A DNA stretch of 64,000 nt, from contig CAVTBU010000008.1 in assembly GCA_963733035.1 (NCBI GenBank), positions 384,001 through 448,000 of the forward strand, written 5' to 3'. Below, piece by piece: positions 62,194-64,000 of the stretch (position 1 is its first letter; each line of letters begins with the position of its first letter). Origin of the DNA: Pirellulales bacterium. GTDB taxonomy: Bacteria; Planctomycetota; Planctomycetia; Pirellulales; PALSA-1355. The translations under genes were made by a program, and so were the position numbers. A model generated the notes under the pieces. The model did not search any database, was not told where the DNA came from, and saw only the letters and a program-made list of their open reading frames with translations.

Positions 62194-63306
62194 TCACGAC
62201 AGTCGGCCGGAAGCTTCGATCGGCCAGACGTCCACGACGCGGCCGTCTTCATGAACCACGATTTCGCGATGGAGGTTGCAGGTGGTGCAGGCATGGGTAG
62301 GAATCAATTGCAACAGTTCGCCGATTTTCCAATCGGGGGCGTTCCGCACGACGGCGTGTTCCTCGGAGAGGAAGTTCTTGATCTCCACTTCCGGGTAGTC
62401 GCGGATGCCCGGCGAGCCGAACTCGCAACCGGCCCCCTTAATGCCAATGTCGAGCACGGCTTTGTCCGGGGCAGGGCGGCTAATGACGCGAACCTGCACC
62501 GAAAGAGCAATTTCGAACTCCGGGGCCAGTCGCTTATATTGGCGGTCCATCGTCGCGTAGGTACCGGCCTGAATCTCGTCGATGCCTTCCATCGTGCCCG
62601 TGGCGTCGTAAGTGGCGCTCGAGCATCCGCTCACGCAATTGACGAGGATGCCGGCGGCTTCGATCATGCGACGCGTATCGATCGCCTGCTGCATGGCCGC
62701 TCGCGCACGCTCGCCGCGTTCGGCGCGATCGAGCACATTGACCAGATGCCCCTCGTACGCCTGCAAGCCTTCGAAGGCGACCCCCGGCAGATTGACCAAC
62801 TGTCGTGCCAGACGGAGAGCCGGCTCGCCCGGCGCGACGCCACAACGGCCCATGCCAATATCGACTTCGATCAACAGGTGCACGACCGATCCGGCGGCCG
62901 TCGCCGCGTTGGAGATCGCAACGGCTTGTTCAATGTGGTCGACCGCGACCGTGATACGACCCTGACCGGCCAGGCGGGCGAGCCGGGTTACTTTTGGCGC
63001 GCCAACAACCTGGTTGGCGATCAACACGTTTTCGATGCCATGCTCGACAAGGATCTCGGCTTCACTCAGTTTGGCACAGGTCATGCCAACCGCTCCGGCG
63101 GCAAGCTGCCGCTGGGCCAACGTCACGCACTTGTGATTCTTGAAGTGCGGCCTGAGCTGCGCCGGACGTTCTCGAAAGAACTCGGCCAGCCGGGCCAGAT
63201 TCCGGTCGCTGGCGGCGCGATCAAGCAGCAGCGTCGGGGTGTCGATTTCGGTCAACGGCTGACCGACTCTTGGATCGGCTGCCGCCTGGGAGACCTTTGC
63301 GGCCAT
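62194..63306 (-). CDS. DSD1/D-threonine aldolase-family PLP enzyme
   Basis: TPTLLLD, LRPHFKNHK, GMGRCGV, YEGH, SEEH, HACTTCNLH. Confidence 0.88.
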   Translation of the reverse strand: MAAKVSQAAADPRVGQPLTEIDTPTLLLDRAASDRNLARLAEFFRERPAQLRPHFKNHKCVTLAQRQLAAGAVGMTCAKLSEAEILVEHGIENVLIANQVVGAPKVTRLARLAGQGRITVAVDHIEQAVAISNAATAAGSVVHLLIEVDIGMGRCGVAPGEPALRLARQLVNLPGVAFEGLQAYEGHLVNVLDRAERGERARAAMQQAIDTRRMIEAAGILVNCVSGCSSATYDATGTMEGIDEIQAGTYATMDRQYKRLAPEFEIALSVQVRVISRPAPDKAVLDIGIKGAGCEFGSPGIRDYPEVEIKNFLSEEHAVVRNAPDWKIGELLQLIPTHACTTCNLHREIVVHEDGRVVDVWPIEASGRLS

Positions 63307-63483
63307 GACCGTTTCTCATTCGTGGTGAAGGTGTGTGGAAAACATGGCGGTCGACGACCGACGCTCTATCTTATGCTAACCGCACTGGCCCCGAGGCACC
63401 ATCCAATCGGCAGGGCAGTTCGACCTTTGAAAGTCGAACGGGGATTGATTCGCCAACCAGGCGACTTCGAGCACGCTGCCAGA

Positions 63484-64000
63484 TTAGTGACTGGCCGTGT
63501 CGTAGCGCATGATCAAGATAGTCGACGACAGCACAATGGCCGCTCCCACGAGTGCCAGGGGTTGCAGCGACTCGCCGAGAATCGTCACGGCAAAAAACAC
63601 GCCGAACACCGGCACCAGGTAGAGCGAAGCCGAGGCCACGGTAACGCTCAAATGTTCGAGAACATAGAAGAACAGCAACATCGAAGCGCCATACATAAAC
63701 ACGGCCAGAAACCCGAACGCCAGCCATGCCGGCCCATCCATTGCGCGCAACGAACTAAAATCAAACGGTTCGACCCAGATCAACAGCGGTAGACTTGCCA
63801 ACGACGCCATGATGTAGCTGAAAATCAGGATCTCCACTTCACCAAAGCGTTCCAAGAGGCCCTTGCAAAACACGTTGTAAAAGGAGGATCCAAAACAGCC
63901 GACCAGGATCAGCAGGTTGCCAATCAAGTAGTCGCTTCGCAACAGTGCCGCCTGTTTCAGGTCTCCCGTCGACATCAACATCACACCAGCCAGCCCAATC
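63484..64000 (-). CDS. DMT/EamA transporter, 3' part
   Basis: GNLLIL, YLVPVFGVFFAVTILGE; runs off the window end. Confidence 0.85.
   Translation of the reverse strand, partial: IGLAGVMLMSTGDLKQAALLRSDYLIGNLLILVGCFGSSFYNVFCKGLLERFGEVEILIFSYIMASLASLPLLIWVEPFDFSSLRAMDGPAWLAFGFLAVFMYGASMLLFFYVLEHLSVTVASASLYLVPVFGVFFAVTILGESLQPLALVGAAIVLSSTILIMRYDTASH

Noticed and set aside
62101..63792. 563-aa plus-strand ORF, and similar long ORFs at 56062-57420, 47808-48431, 49986-50825 and 3247-4068
   Set aside because: Antisense shadows of well-supported genes in GC-rich DNA; no recognisable motifs
1..64000. CRISPR arrays, rRNA, tRNA, transposases, prophage or defence genes
   Set aside because: No regularly spaced repeats or hallmark motifs were seen by eye

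Overview
A GC-rich chromosomal segment, almost certainly from a planctomycete (Pirellulales-like), judged by a DUF1559 prepilin-type protein, a DUF1570 protein, four PEP-CTERM proteins and a planctomycete-type SLBB export protein. It holds about 50 CDS. Housekeeping genes include ispG, an lpxL-type acyltransferase, pgsA, rimO, miaE, ilvA, rnc, degP, mgtE, pdxJ, dapA and gltX. There is also a hopanoid cluster (shc-hpnH-hpnG-like), an ergothioneine cluster (egtB, ABC transporter, DUF427, egtD) and mddA with a divergent TetR. I found no rRNA, tRNA, CRISPR array or transposase. About nine genes carry small indels, including ispG and shc, which points to an unpolished long-read assembly. The most interesting observations are: (1) a diverged ~350-nt non-coding element present twice (~4.57-4.91 kb and, inverted, ~57.27-57.60 kb); (2) a DUF2946 CxxC/RAPP ribosome-arrest-type leader ahead of a His-motif pilin-like gene and a His-rich PEP-CTERM gene, a candidate metal-sensing surface capture module; (3) an orphan DHDPS-family aldolase ending in a microcompartment encapsulation-peptide-like tail; (4) the egtB/egtD cluster enclosing a betaine-type ABC transporter and DUF427. 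All calls come from reading motifs by eye; no database searches were run.
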